The notes: generated by a model not told the origin, from the sequence alone. Positions 10,088 through 27,303 are shown, numbered from the stretch's first letter. The stretch: DNA of 64,000 bases from Saccostrea echinata (GCF_033153115.1 NW_026889869.1:1-64000); one strand, 5' to 3'. Translations and numbers: made by a program.

Positions 10088-10813
10088 TCAGATTATTCAA
10101 ACTCGAATGAATGAAGTGGCAGTGTTGCACCGTGAACTTATATATCTTTGTAAGCTCAAGTTGAAAATCGCTGCGGTCTACCAGTCGGCTTAGTCGATTG
10201 GCTGGTGCCCGCAGTAACACTCGCTACGATTAGTCAGGTGAACGAGATGACCATTGGCTACGTCTGTAGGTAGTTTCAATCCACAGAATTGCCCCAAAAG
10301 AAAAAGAAAATCAAGTCGGTTTTTGACACATGATTTCACTGCAGATACATATAGTCAAATATTTTTTTTAAAAATATATATATGGTGAATAATGGGGATG
10401 AATGTAACGTCAATTGAATAGAAAATAGAATTATTTATTATATATATACATATATTTTCAATTCGTTATTGAAGCAAAATGCATTTTCGAAAAATATATA
10501 TTATATATTTCTTGTCATTATTTCCTCCTACCATTATCTGAACAAGCCCAGTAATATTACTAAGTATCATGATACTTGCAGATAATCAGAATGGTGCATA
10601 TAGGATGAACAGGAATTACCCTGTTGCAAAAACAAGAACAAAACAAATAATACAAATAAATGAATAATTAATTAAATGAATGAATAATTAAATAAATGAA
10701 TGAATGAATGAATGAATAAATGAAAAGAATAAATAAATGAAAAGAATAAGAATGTATGTATCTGTCTTTCAAAAGGTACGCATGAACTTTTATTCCATTC
10801 GTTCCACATTTGA

Positions 10814-11078
10814 NNNNNNNNNNNNNNNNNNNNNNNNNNNNNNNNNNNNNNNNNNNNNNNNNNNNNNNNNNNNNNNNNNNNNNNNNNNNNNNNNNNNNNN
10901 NNNNNNNNNNNNNNNNNNNNNNNNNNNNNNNNNNNNNNNNNNNNNNNNNNNNNNNNNNNNNNNNNNNNNNNNNNNNNNNNNNNNNNNNNNNNNNNNNNNN
11001 NNNNNNNNNNNNNNNNNNNNNNNNNNNNNNNNNNNNNNNNNNNNNNNNNNNNNNNNNNNNNNNNNNNNNNNNNNNNNN
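10814..11078. other. Masked block (265 N), unit 2
   Basis: Same flanks as in unit 1. Confidence 0.95.
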
Positions 11079-11404
11079 TAACACTAATAATAATGGCCAT
11101 ATAGTTAGCGTAGGCGTTGTGATGTGGAAAAAGTAAAATTTTATTTACTTGAGGGAGGGTATGTAAACAAATTAAAAACTGACTTTTGTTTCTTCTTCTT
11201 CTCAGAAACAGCATGTTAATATTATCATGACTTTGCAATTTGCTTCCAGTCGAAGACAAATAAACTATGTGTAATAGGTAAGTGTACTTCTTGTTTATTC
11301 ATTTTGTGTTTCCATTAGTACATGTATGTAATAGAGGCATCTTTTCTAAAAATGTTGGTAGCCCTGAAAAGGGCTTTTGTAATTGGTTTAAGACAATTGG
11401 CAGT

Positions 11405-11992
11405 CTACGCCTTGGTGGCTTTCTTTGGGGTTTTTGACTTCTTGGCTGTGGCTTTCTTGGGCGCTTTGGTTTTCGTAGGCTTTGGAGCTGCCTTGGCTTT
11501 CTTGGGAGACTTAGTAGCTGCTTTCTTCTTGGGAGACTTGGCCTTCTTGGGTGCTGCAGGTTTCTTAACAGCCTTTTTCTTTTCTGTTGGCTTTTTCTCC
11601 CCGGTTGTCTTCTTGGGTTTGGTCGTTTTCTTGGGCTTGGCAGCCTTAGGTTTGGTGACTTTTTTGGTCTTGGGTTTCTTCTCCGTCTTGGGCTTCTCTC
11701 CCAGCTTGAAGGAACCACTGGCACCTGTACCCTTGGCCTGTTTGAGAACTCCCTTCTTGACTCCGTTCTTGAGGGCCATCTTCAGATGGGTGTTGACACT
11801 AGAGGCGTCATTACCGACTTTGTAGTTGCCCATGATGTACTTGAGAATAGCTTGTCTCGAGGAACCTCCGCGCTCCTTCAGGGCAGCCACAGCAGCGCTG
11901 ATCATCTCGATGTACTTGGGATGGGCGGGGACCGTCTTGGGTTTGGAAACCTTCTTCTTGGCGGGGGATTTTGCTGGTGCGGCGTCTGCCAT
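11405..11992 (-). CDS. H1: Histone H1 (H1.0/H5-like globular domain), 195 aa
   Basis: MADAAPAKSP..., winged-helix domain HPKYIEMI...ERGGSSRQAILKYI...KGTGASGSFKL, K/A/P-rich tail with SPKK motifs; ATG at 11992. Confidence 0.98.
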   Translation of the reverse strand: MADAAPAKSPAKKKVSKPKTVPAHPKYIEMISAAVAALKERGGSSRQAILKYIMGNYKVGNDASSVNTHLKMALKNGVKKGVLKQAKGTGASGSFKLGEKPKTEKKPKTKKVTKPKAAKPKKTTKPKKTTGEKKPTEKKKAVKKPAAPKKAKSPKKKAATKSPKKAKAAPKPTKTKAPKKATAKKSKTPKKATKA

Positions 11993-14134
11993 AATTTTTT
12001 TGTCCTGTTTTCTACAACTGATGTGAACGACGTTATCGACGATAAGGAAATGAATGAAATCACCTCCGCCGATGGCCTTATTTGAGTGGCGGCGAGCGCG
12101 GACCTCCGTGAAAACTCCCCAATTGTCGAGAGCGTAGAGGATTGAACTCGTCAAACTTTGTGTTTCAATACCTGTTATTTTTCCGATTTTGTCCTCCCAA
12201 TTTTACTTAATTTTCTCAAATATGTCACTGTGCGTTTTCTTGAAATAATTTCCTACATAACTGTTTTTGTTTAAGGTTCTTAATCTGTCATTTTAAAGGA
12301 GGAATTGTCTGTTGATTCTGAAAATGCGCTGTTCCCTGGAGCCCAGAAGCGACTAATTTTGATTAAAACACGAAAACAAGAGGAATAGAACACGAGTAAG
12401 GGATTGAAGTACTTACTACATTGCTATGTGATAAAACATACATGTACATTTCTTTCAATTGTCTTCTATGTTACTTAAAATCCGAATGAAAATGCAAACA
12501 TTCGGCACAAACACGCGCACAATGGATAGTGATGTGTGCCTTGCATTTCATATGAAATGGAGAGAGAGAGAAAAAAAAACAATCAAACAAAAGGGTCATA
12601 TGAAGGGAAATCACGGAATCTCACAAATTGTTGAATGTTCAAATATATATCTAATATACTTTCTAGATCAGTGGATGTTCACCCCCTTAAAGGGACAACA
12701 TATAATTTCTTTTCGAATATTTAAATACATGACACCTACTTTATAATTATAACACCGAGGACACCGGAAAGATCCAGACCGTACGTAACGTACCACATTC
12801 GGTGGTACAACGTCTGAATTTCTCAGTATAATTATATCATAAGAATATACATAACTGACATCCTTGTAAATTACATGAAAAAAAAAAATCACATAAAAAG
12901 GGCGTGTATTTAATAATTGTAGAACACTCACTTAATTAGTAGTTATACATAAGAGAGAGACAGAGAGAGACGAACAAGGCGAATAATGGGAGTAGCTTAT
13001 TCATTGATATTAATTTGTTTCTTGTAATTTACACACACAAATAATTGAGTACATGTAAATAAACAGAATGTGGTCAAAAGCCAATGTATTTAAAATCTAT
13101 ATCTTTCAAGTTGAACAAGACAACCAGTATATAATACAAGACAATACAATACATTGATAGAAGCATCAAATTGGTTGCACACTTTCCACGTGCAGATCAT
13201 GATTCCCTGCATCTATATGTCACGTGACGATGCAGATGTGCTGCACGGCGCAGTGATGGACATCGCAATAAATGTAAAGTGTTGAAAAAAATGTCGTTTA
13301 GTCATTCGCATCGGTAGTCTATTCGAAAGAAAATTTACTACCAGTTTTTAATTGTGTTAGTACTGTAAGTATCCGGAAACTGGCATCGAGTTGCTTTTAT
13401 TCACTCTTATTATGGGAAGCACACTTTTTTGAATAAGAACATTCAAGACATAATATAAACCACATCTTCTTATTCTTATGAGATTCTTATATTCATAACT
13501 TTTATCTATTTTTATCAATTAGGAATTTTGTCTAAATAATCATCATATAAAACAATAGCGAGGGGGAAAAAAAAGAAACATTAAGGATTTAACTGGAGTT
13601 ACAGATCTTTTGAATATGTTAATAAAATAATGATCATATTTAAAAATATTTGTATCAAAGGAAAAAAATTGAAAGTTAGATCGCCATGTTAGATGATTTT
13701 CGCAGTTTCTAGTCTTAATTGGTCAATGAAATGGGTTTTTTTTTTTCTTATCTCTTTGTTGAGTGAGCATTCAAGTAATACGTGAGAATTCAACATTTGT
13801 ACGCAGGCCTATAAGGTTTGGATTCAACTGCCTATAACGAGAAAGAAAAAAACGTACATATACGAATATACATGCGAGTCAATTTTAAAATTTATTGCTT
13901 TTGTTATTAACTTAATACATTTATTTATCATTAAATATATAACACTTTCTTTGATGTTTGATCTCTGTTCTGTGTTGAAAATTATTGAATTCGTGTGTTT
14001 CTATTATTTTCTAGCTATAATAATTGTTTACGTTTCAACTCGTTTGTAATGTAGGTATCTTTTCGAAAAGCTTATGTGGCCGTGAAAACGGCCGTTTGGT
14101 TTTGTGCTGCACACAACACAACTATAGGATCTTT

Positions 14135-14521
<387 letters not shown>

Positions 14522-14767
14522 TTATGTTCTTTCGTGTACAGTCAACGAATAATCCAGCGACGCCCGCACGCACCAATTTAAACAACCAAGCGGATCCAAC
14601 GGTGCAGCCAATTAACGCGTCGCTCTGTTGTGCCTTTAGGTGAAATCCGAACAAGTAATGTTTTCTCGGAGGTCCGTAACAAGCTTCTCCTCCTACTCGC
14701 ATATAAATAGTAAATTTTACCATTTTACTTTATTCATCTCTTCAGTTTGACCTGTCAACTTGAGATC

Positions 14768-15139
14768 ATGCCACCCAAAGTCGGATCCAAAGGCGCCAAG
14801 AAAGCAGTCACCAAGGCCAAGACACCGAGGAGCACAGACAAGAAAAGGAGGAAGAGGAGGAGGGAATCTTATGCCATTTACATCTACAAAGTCCTAAAGC
14901 AGGTGCACCCTGACACTGGTGTTTCCAGCAAGGCCATGAGCATAATGAACTCCTTCGTCAACGATATCTTTGAGAGAATCGCTGCCGAAGCCTCTCGTTT
15001 GGCCCACTACAACAAGCGATCTACAATCACAAGCAGAGAGGTCCAGACTGCTGTCCGTCTCCTTCTGCCCGGTGAACTGGCCAAGCACGCCGTATCTGAG
15101 GGCACCAAAGCCGTCACCAAGTACACCAGCAGCAAATAA
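14768..15139 (+). CDS. H2B: Histone H2B
   Basis: Protein identical to the 6533-6904 copy. Confidence 0.99.
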   Translation: MPPKVGSKGAKKAVTKAKTPRSTDKKRRKRRRESYAIYIYKVLKQVHPDTGVSSKAMSIMNSFVNDIFERIAAEASRLAHYNKRSTITSREVQTAVRLLLPGELAKHAVSEGTKAVTKYTSSK

Positions 15140-16204
15140 TCTCATTTTGCAAGTACACACACCAAACGGCCCTTTTAAGGGCCAACTAATTTTTAAGAAA
15201 AGATACCTTCATATTACATGCGTTATTGAGACACAAATAATATGTGTGAGTGTTACAATGTGAATGCATGTGCTCGTAAAAGTGGCAAACGTATAAAAAT
15301 CCCACATTGTTTACAACTGATTATAATAACAGAAGTAGGATAAATAAAGAAATACAAGTAGGTATTATTATATGTATGAGAGCCAAATTTTATTCACAAA
15401 TAACTTGAATGTACAACCAAGCATATATCTAAAATAACTGTATCTTCAAATATAAATAAAATACAAGCATGCGAGGTCCATCTGATGTACACAAAATCCT
15501 GGTTCATTTGTCCTCTGTATACTGAATTAATTATCAGCGTACATTATATAATTGATAATAAAGTATCTCAATTCAGCTAATATCAATGAAACAGATAAAT
15601 AAATTCAAGACCCCCCCCCCCTCCCCTTTCTTTGACATTGACATATTGGAATTTTCAATCAGTAATTATACATCAATAAAAGTGCAATGACCAAAATGCG
15701 ATAATTATACATTGACAATTAATTGTCTAACATTAGTCATAATTGTTAAACAAGAAAAAAAAAGCATGTCACTCAGCGCCAGTTGGTACCTGTCATTGTC
15801 GGTAGATCGATCCCTCAAAATAATACTCAAGACAGCAGCATTATTATTTTAATATATGATTATAATAATAAAAAAAATTAAATAATATATACTGTTTGTG
15901 TGTGTTTATTCAATATTTCTTGTCCAAACCTAAATTCAATACATATTTGTTGCTCTGTATATAGTTTTGAGGAAATATTACGACATAAAGGGTCTTACTC
16001 TGTTATTGTTGTGTATTTATTTTACCACTTACAACCATTCTGTATTCAACTTTGTACAGTGAATATCTGTATAACAAGTACTCAGTAAGTAAATGTCTGT
16101 CTTAACGATGTTTAAGAGGCATCTTTTCGAAAAATTTGGGTGGCCGTGATAACGGCCGTTTGTGTTTGTTTTAAACTTCTGTCTTGACTGTCAAACTGAA
16201 TTCT

Positions 16205-16525
<321 letters not shown>

Positions 16526-17902
16526 TCAGCCAGTAGTACTGTTCTGATGAACTGATCATGCGTAATTGCCTAATTTATAGTCCAAATTGAGGACCCGTGA
16601 GAGCGCACGATGCTTTGAAAAGTTCGGAACGTTACCAAAGCGGTATTGTGACAAGCTTTACGATTGGTCAGCTTGGCATGATGGGAATGTTTACATTTCT
16701 TGCCCCACGGGAATTTTAACCACATTTAATTAATTTTGATTCTTTAATTTCTTCACATATAGGCAAGTTTAGGTTCAATTTATTCACCTAAACCAAAATA
16801 TTGGTACGTGGAGGTACATATATACATTTTATACAAACTGATATACAAAAAAAAAAAAAAAAAAACATGACAGAAAATGAATAAAAATGATAAAGAGAGA
16901 GAGGGGAATTATATCAAGCAGGACAGACAGCATCATAATTTTTTAGGATAAACATACACAATTTTTTGTTTTGTTGTTGTTATTTTTTTATTTCAGTATT
17001 TTTTGCTTTGAGTTTAACAAAATAAATACCGTTGTTGCCGAATGATAATAAAAACGTGTGTGGGTGGGTGGGTGGGGATTAAGTTATTCAAAGGAAAGGG
17101 GTGTGACAGATAACACCGAAATAATACAAAATGTAGAAGCTGAATGAAACTTTTGATTCTCATTCATTTATGATATCTAGTTATAGATGTGATAATTTAT
17201 TTGATTTCCTCTTTTCTCAGTTAATTTTCAAAGGCAACTTTAAGCAGTGACCAAACCGGCTTTATAAATGAGCCTTTTTCATTTTATTACACGCCACGTT
17301 AGAATGAATATCGTTATATTTGACGTTGTTTAGAAATCAATAAAAATCATACTTTGAATATAAATGAAATACGGAATTGCAGTTCTGAAATGCATGTACT
17401 CGCATATGTGCATAGCTGTAGAACTAATGAGATAAAGTTGTAATACTGTTATTATTTTTTGCTTCGACACATTCCATCATTTTCTATTTAAATAATTGTG
17501 CTATTTTCTAATTTATTTCGCAAAATTCTTGAATGTATTCTAGAGGGGCAGGTTGATGGACTTGTACAAAATATAGTTTCAAGATGTGTAGACAACTTCT
17601 ACAACTTGATGATGACAATAATACTATGAAATTGTCTAGCATTGTGCTATGTAATTATATATATGTAAGGCACAGATATATTCACTGAAGGATGTACTGT
17701 GTCTCAACATTTTTTTTTTTTTTTTTTTTTTTCAATTTGGGGGCATTGTACGCCGAATTTGACAAAATTTATTAATTTCGGCCAAATAATTCAACATTAT
17801 TTTCAGAGATGTTTCAACGTCTGAACAGAAGGCATCTTTTCGAAGAATGTAGGTGGCCGTGAAAACGGCCGTTTGCTTTAGGACTTGAAATACAGCTTAA
17901 AA

Positions 17903-18322
<420 letters not shown>

Positions 18323-19048
18323 TCAGATTATTCAAACTCGAATGAATGAAGTGGCAGTGTTGCACCGTGAACTTATATATCTTTGTAAGCTCAAGTTGAA
18401 AATCGCTGCGGTCTACCAGTCGGCTTAGTCGATTGGCTGGTGCCCGCAGTAACACTCGCTACGATTAGTCAGGTGAACGAGATGACCATTGGCTACGTCT
18501 GTAGGTAGTTTCAATCCACAGAATTGCCCCAAAAGAAAAAGAAAATCAAGTCGGTTTTTGACACATGATTTCACTGCAGATACATATAGTCAAATATTTT
18601 TTTTAAAAATATATATATGGTGAATAATGGGGATGAATGTAACGTCAATTGAATAGAAAATAGAATTATTTATTATATATATACATATATTTTCAATTCG
18701 TTATTGAAGCAAAATGCATTTTCGAAAAATATATATTATATATTTCTTGTCATTATTTCCTCCTACCATTATCTGAACAAGCCCAGTAATATTACTAAGT
18801 ATCATGATACTTGCAGATAATCAGAATGGTGCATATAGGATGAACAGGAATTACCCTGTTGCAAAAACAAGAACAAAACAAATAATACAAATAAATGAAT
18901 AATTAATTAAATGAATGAATAATTAAATAAATGAATGAATGAATGAATGAATAAATGAAAAGAATAAATAAATGAAAAGAATAAGAATGTATGTATCTGT
19001 CTTTCAAAAGGTACGCATGAACTTTTATTCCATTCGTTCCACATTTGA

Positions 19049-19332
19049 NNNNNNNNNNNNNNNNNNNNNNNNNNNNNNNNNNNNNNNNNNNNNNNNNNNN
19101 NNNNNNNNNNNNNNNNNNNNNNNNNNNNNNNNNNNNNNNNNNNNNNNNNNNNNNNNNNNNNNNNNNNNNNNNNNNNNNNNNNNNNNNNNNNNNNNNNNNN
19201 NNNNNNNNNNNNNNNNNNNNNNNNNNNNNNNNNNNNNNNNNNNNNNNNNNNNNNNNNNNNNNNNNNNNNNNNNNNNNNNNNNNNNNNNNNNNNNNNNNNN
19301 NNNNNNNNNNNNNNNNNNNNNNNNNNNNNNNN
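19049..19332. other. Masked block (284 N), unit 3
   Basis: Same flanks as in unit 1. Confidence 0.95.
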
Positions 19333-19658
19333 TAACACTAATAATAATGGCCATATAGTTAGCGTAGGCGTTGTGATGTGGAAAAAGTAAAATTTTATTT
19401 ACTTGAGGGAGGGTATGTAAACAAATTAAAAACTGACTTTTGTTTCTTCTTCTTCTCAGAAACAGCATGTTAATATTATCATGACTTTGCAATTTGCTTC
19501 CAGTCGAAGACAAATAAACTATGTGTAATAGGTAAGTGTACTTCTTGTTTATTCATTTTGTGTTTCCATTAGTACATGTATGTAATAGAGGCATCTTTTC
19601 TAAAAATGTTGGTAGCCCTGAAAAGGGCTTTTGTAATTGGTTTAAGACAATTGGCAGT

Positions 19659-20246
19659 CTACGCCTTGGTGGCTTTCTTTGGGGTTTTTGACTTCTTGGC
19701 TGTGGCTTTCTTGGGCGCTTTGGTTTTCGTAGGCTTTGGAGCTGCCTTGGCTTTCTTGGGAGACTTAGTAGCTGCTTTCTTCTTGGGAGACTTGGCCTTC
19801 TTGGGTGCTGCAGGTTTCTTAACAGCCTTTTTCTTTTCTGTTGGCTTTTTCTCCCCGGTTGTCTTCTTGGGTTTGGTCGTTTTCTTGGGCTTGGCAGCCT
19901 TAGGTTTGGTGACTTTTTTGGTCTTGGGTTTCTTCTCCGTCTTGGGCTTCTCTCCCAGCTTGAAGGAACCACTGGCACCTGTACCCTTGGCCTGTTTGAG
20001 AACTCCCTTCTTGACTCCGTTCTTGAGGGCCATCTTCAGATGGGTGTTGACACTAGAGGCGTCATTACCGACTTTGTAGTTGCCCATGATGTACTTGAGA
20101 ATAGCTTGTCTCGAGGAACCTCCGCGCTCCTTCAGGGCAGCCACAGCAGCGCTGATCATCTCGATGTACTTGGGATGGGCGGGGACCGTCTTGGGTTTGG
20201 AAACCTTCTTCTTGGCGGGGGATTTTGCTGGTGCGGCGTCTGCCAT
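19659..20246 (-). CDS. H1: Histone H1
   Basis: Intact 195-aa copy. Confidence 0.98.
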   Translation of the reverse strand: MADAAPAKSPAKKKVSKPKTVPAHPKYIEMISAAVAALKERGGSSRQAILKYIMGNYKVGNDASSVNTHLKMALKNGVKKGVLKQAKGTGASGSFKLGEKPKTEKKPKTKKVTKPKAAKPKKTTKPKKTTGEKKPTEKKKAVKKPAAPKKAKSPKKKAATKSPKKAKAAPKPTKTKAPKKATAKKSKTPKKATKA

Positions 20247-22389
20247 AATTTTTTTGTCCTGTTTTCTACAACTGATGTGAACGACGTTATCGACGATAAG
20301 GAAATGAATGAAATCACCTCCGCCGATGGCCTTATTTGAGTGGCGGCGAGCGCGGACCTCCGTGAAAACTCCCCAATTGTCGAGAGCGTAGAGGATTGAA
20401 CTCGTCAAACTTTGTGTTTCAATACCTGTTATTTTTCCGATTTTGTCCTCCCAATTTTACTTAATTTTCTCAAATATGTCACTGTGCGTTTTCTTGAAAT
20501 AATTTCCTACATAACTGTTTTTGTTTAAGGTTCTTAATCTGTCATTTTAAAGGAGGAATTGTCTGTTGATTCTGAAAATGCGCTGTTCCCTGGAGCCCAG
20601 AAGCGACTAATTTTGATTAAAACACGAAAACAAGAGGAATAGAACACGAGTAAGGGATTGAAGTACTTACTACATTGCTATGTGATAAAACATACATGTA
20701 CATTTCTTTCAATTGTCTTCTATGTTACTTAAAATCCGAATGAAAATGCAAACATTCGGCACAAACACGCGCACAATGGATAGTGATGTGTGCCTTGCAT
20801 TTCATATGAAATGGAGAGAGAGAGAAAAAAAAACAATCAAACAAAAGGGTCATATGAAGGGAAATCACGGAATCTCACAAATTGTTGAATGTTCAAATAT
20901 ATATCTAATATACTTTCTAGATCAGTGGATGTTCACCCCCTTAAAGGGACAACATATAATTTCTTTTCGAATATTTAAATACATGACACCTACTTTATAA
21001 TTATAACACCGAGGACACCGGAAAGATCCAGACCGTACGTAACGTACCACATTCGGTGGTACAACGTCTGAATTTCTCAGTATAATTATATCATAAGAAT
21101 ATACATAACTGACATCCTTGTAAATTACATGAAAAAAAAAAATCACATAAAAAGGGCGTGTATTTAATAATTGTAGAACACTCACTTAATTAGTAGTTAT
21201 ACATAAGAGAGAGACAGAGAGAGACGAACAAGGCGAATAATGGGAGTAGCTTATTCATTGATATTAATTTGTTTCTTGTAATTTACACACACAAATAATT
21301 GAGTACATGTAAATAAACAGAATGTGGTCAAAAGCCAATGTATTTAAAATCTATATCTTTCAAGTTGAACAAGACAACCAGTATATAATACAAGACAATA
21401 CAATACATTGATAGAAGCATCAAATTGGTTGCACACTTTCCACGTGCAGATCATGATTCCCTGCATCTATATGTCACGTGACGATGCAGATGTGCTGCAC
21501 GGCGCAGTGATGGACATCGCAATAAATGTAAAGTGTTGAAAAAAATGTCGTTTAGTCATTCGCATCGGTAGTCTATTCGAAAGAAAATTTACTACCAGTT
21601 TTTAATTGTGTTAGTACTGTAAGTATCCGGAAACTGGCATCGAGTTGCTTTTATTCACTCTTATTATGGGAAGCACACTTTTTTGAATAAGAACATTCAA
21701 GACATAATATAAACCACATCTTCTTATTCTTATGAGATTCTTATATTCATAACTTTTATCTATTTTTATCAATTAGGAATTTTGTCTAAATAATCATCAT
21801 ATAAAACAATAGCGAGGGGGAAAAAAAAAGAAACATTAAGGATTTAACTGGAGTTACAGATCTTTTGAATATGTTAATAAAATAATGATCATATTTAAAA
21901 ATATTTGTATCAAAGGAAAAAAATTGAAAGTTAGATCGCCATGTTAGATGATTTTCGCAGTTTCTAGTCTTAATTGGTCAATGAAATGGGTTTTTTTTTT
22001 TCTTATCTCTTTGTTGAGTGAGCATTCAAGTAATACGTGAGAATTCAACATTTGTACGCAGGCCTATAAGGTTTGGATTCAACTGCCTATAACGAGAAAG
22101 AAAAAAACGTACATATACGAATATACATGCGAGTCAATTTTAAAATTTATTGCTTTTGTTATTAACTTAATACATTTATTTATCATTAAATATATAACAC
22201 TTTCTTTGATGTTTGATCTCTGTTCTGTGTTGAAAATTATTGAATTCGTGTGTTTCTATTATTTTCTAGCTATAATAATTGTTTACGTTTCAACTCGTTT
22301 GTAATGTAGGTATCTTTTCGAAAAGCTTATGTGGCCGTGAAAACGGCCGTTTGGTTTTGTGCTGCACACAACACAACTATAGGATCTTT

Positions 22390-22776
<387 letters not shown>

Positions 22777-23022
22777 TTATGTTCTTTCGTGTACAGTCAA
22801 CGAATAATCCAGCGACGCCCGCACGCACCAATTTAAACAACCAAGCGGATCCAACGGTGCAGCCAATTAACGCGTCGCTCTGTTGTGCCTTTAGGTGAAA
22901 TCCGAACAAGTAATGTTTTCTCGGAGGTCCGTAACAAGCTTCTCCTCCTACTCGCATATAAATAGTAAATTTTACCATTTTACTTTATTCATCTCTTCAG
23001 TTTGACCTGTCAACTTGAGATC

Positions 23023-23394
23023 ATGCCACCCAAAGTCGGATCCAAAGGCGCCAAGAAAGCAGTCACCAAGGCCAAGACACCGAGGAGCACAGACAAGAAA
23101 AGGAGGAAGAGGAGGAGGGAATCTTATGCCATTTACATCTACAAAGTCCTAAAGCAGGTGCACCCTGACACTGGTGTTTCCAGCAAGGCCATGAGCATAA
23201 TGAACTCCTTCGTCAACGATATCTTTGAGAGAATCGCTGCCGAAGCCTCTCGTTTGGCCCACTACAACAAGCGATCTACAATCACAAGCAGAGAGGTCCA
23301 GACTGCTGTCCGTCTCCTTCTGCCCGGTGAACTGGCCAAGCACGCCGTATCTGAGGGCACCAAAGCCGTCACCAAGTACACCAGCAGCAAATAA
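23023..23394 (+). CDS. H2B: Histone H2B
   Basis: Identical protein. Confidence 0.99.
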   Translation: MPPKVGSKGAKKAVTKAKTPRSTDKKRRKRRRESYAIYIYKVLKQVHPDTGVSSKAMSIMNSFVNDIFERIAAEASRLAHYNKRSTITSREVQTAVRLLLPGELAKHAVSEGTKAVTKYTSSK

Positions 23395-24460
23395 TCTCAT
23401 TTTGCAAGTACACACACCAAACGGCCCTTTTAAGGGCCAACTAATTTTTAAGAAAAGATACCTTCATATTACATGCGTTATTGAGACACAAATAATATGT
23501 GTGAGTGTTACAATGTGAATGCATGTGCTCGTAAAAGTGGCAAACGTATAAAAATCCCACATTGTTTACAACTGATTATAATAACAGAAGTAGGATAAAT
23601 AAAGAAATACAAGTAGGTATTATTATATGTATGAGAGCCAAATTTTATTCACAAATAACTTGAATGTACAACCAAGCATATATCTAAAATAACTGTATCT
23701 TCAAATATAAATAAAATACAAGCATGCGAGGTCCATCTGATGTACACAAAATCCTGGTTCATTTGTCCTCTGTATACTGAATTAATTATCAGCGTACATT
23801 ATATAATTGATAATAAAGTATCTCAATTCAGCTAATATCAATGAAACAGATAAATAAATTCAAGACCCCCCCCCCCCTCCCCTTTCTTTGACATTGACAT
23901 ATTGGAATTTTCAATCAGTAATTATACATCAATAAAAGTGCAATGACCAAAATGCGATAATTATACATTGACAATTAATTGTCTAACATTAGTCATAATT
24001 GTTAAACAAGAAAAAAAAAGCATGTCACTCAGCGCCAGTTGGTACCTGTCATTGTCGGTAGATCGATCCCTCAAAATAATACTCAAGACAGCAGCATTAT
24101 TATTTTAATATATGATTATAATAATAAAAAAAATTAAATAATATATACTGTTTGTGTGTGTTTATTCAATATTTCTTGTCCAAACCTAAATTCAATACAT
24201 ATTTGTTGCTCTGTATATAGTTTTGAGGAAATATTACGACATAAAGGGTCTTACTCTGTTATTGTTGTGTATTTATTTTACCACTTACAACCATTCTGTA
24301 TTCAACTTTGTACAGTGAATATCTGTATAACAAGTACTCAGTAAGTAAATGTCTGTCTTAACGATGTTTAAGAGGCATCTTTTCGAAAAATTTGGGTGGC
24401 CGTGATAACGGCCGTTTGTGTTTGTTTTAAACTTCTGTCTTGACTGTCAAACTGAATTCT

Positions 24461-24781
<321 letters not shown>

Positions 24782-26157
24782 TCAGCCAGTAGTACTGTTC
24801 TGATGAACTGATCATGCGTAATTGCCTAATTTATAGTCCAAATTGAGGACCCGTGAGAGCGCACGATGCTTTGAAAAGTTCGGAACGTTACCAAAGCGGT
24901 ATTGTGACAAGCTTTACGATTGGTCAGCTTGGCATGATGGGAATGTTTACATTTCTTGCCCCACGGGAATTTTAACCACATTTAATTAATTTTGATTCTT
25001 TAATTTCTTCACATATAGGCAAGTTTAGGTTCAATTTATTCACCTAAACCAAAATATTGGTACGTGGAGGTACATATATACATTTTATACAAACTGATAT
25101 ACAAAAAAAAAAAAAAAAAACATGACAGAAAATGAATAAAAATGATAAAGAGAGAGAGGGGAATTATATCAAGCAGGACAGACAGCATCATAATTTTTTA
25201 GGATAAACATACACAATTTTTTGTTTTGTTGTTGTTATTTTTTTATTTCAGTATTTTTTGCTTTGAGTTTAACAAAATAAATACCGTTGTTGCCGAATGA
25301 TAATAAAAACGTGTGTGGGTGGGTGGGTGGGGATTAAGTTATTCAAAGGAAAGGGGTGTGACAGATAACACCGAAATAATACAAAATGTAGAAGCTGAAT
25401 GAAACTTTTGATTCTCATTCATTTATGATATCTAGTTATAGATGTGATAATTTATTTGATTTCCTCTTTTCTCAGTTAATTTTCAAAGGCAACTTTAAGC
25501 AGTGACCAAACCGGCTTTATAAATGAGCCTTTTTCATTTTATTACACGCCACGTTAGAATGAATATCGTTATATTTGACGTTGTTTAGAAATCAATAAAA
25601 ATCATACTTTGAATATAAATGAAATACGGAATTGCAGTTCTGAAATGCATGTACTCGCATATGTGCATAGCTGTAGAACTAATGAGATAAAGTTGTAATA
25701 CTGTTATTATTTTTTGCTTCGACACATTCCATCATTTTCTATTTAAATAATTGTGCTATTTTCTAATTTATTTCGCAAAATTCTTGAATGTATTCTAGAG
25801 GGGCAGGTTGATGGACTTGTACAAAATATAGTTTCAAGATGTGTAGACAACTTCTACAACTTGATGATGACAATAATACTATGAAATTGTCTAGCATTGT
25901 GCTATGTAATTATATATATGTAAGGCACAGATATATTCACTGAAGGATGTACTGTGTCTCAACATTTTTTTTTTTTTTTTTTTTTTTCAATTTGGGGGCA
26001 TTGTACGCCGAATTTGACAAAATTTATTAATTTCGGCCAAATAATTCAACATTATTTTCAGAGATGTTTCAACGTCTGAACAGAAGGCATCTTTTCGAAG
26101 AATGTAGGTGGCCGTGAAAACGGCCGTTTGCTTTAGGACTTGAAATACAGCTTAAAA

Positions 26158-26577
<420 letters not shown>

Positions 26578-27303
26578 TCAGATTATTCAAACTCGAATGA
26601 ATGAAGTGGCAGTGTTGCACCGTGAACTTATATATCTTTGTAAGCTCAAGTTGAAAATCGCTGCGGTCTACCAGTCGGCTTAGTCGATTGGCTGGTGCCC
26701 GCAGTAACACTCGCTACGATTAGTCAGGTGAACGAGATGACCATTGGCTACGTCTGTAGGTAGTTTCAATCCACAGAATTGCCCCAAAAGAAAAAGAAAA
26801 TCAAGTCGGTTTTTGACACATGATTTCACTGCAGATACATATAGTCAAATATTTTTTTTAAAAATATATATATGGTGAATAATGGGGATGAATGTAACGT
26901 CAATTGAATAGAAAATAGAATTATTTATTATATATATACATATATTTTCAATTCGTTATTGAAGCAAAATGCATTTTCGAAAAATATATATTATATATTT
27001 CTTGTCATTATTTCCTCCTACCATTATCTGAACAAGCCCAGTAATATTACTAAGTATCATGATACTTGCAGATAATCAGAATGGTGCATATAGGATGAAC
27101 AGGAATTACCCTGTTGCAAAAACAAGAACAAAACAAATAATACAAATAAATGAATAATTAATTAAATGAATGAATAATTAAATAAATGAATGAATGAATG
27201 AATGAATAAATGAAAAGAATAAATAAATGAAAAGAATAAGAATGTATGTATCTGTCTTTCAAAAGGTACGCATGAACTTTTATTCCATTCGTTCCACATT
27301 TGA

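Noticed and set aside
11993-12154. 54-codon N-terminal extension of H1 in the ORF track (249 aa)
   Set aside because: It starts at a TTG and runs through the promoter and predicted cap site; the real start is MADAAP at 11992. The same applies to the TTG-started 7-codon extension of H2B.
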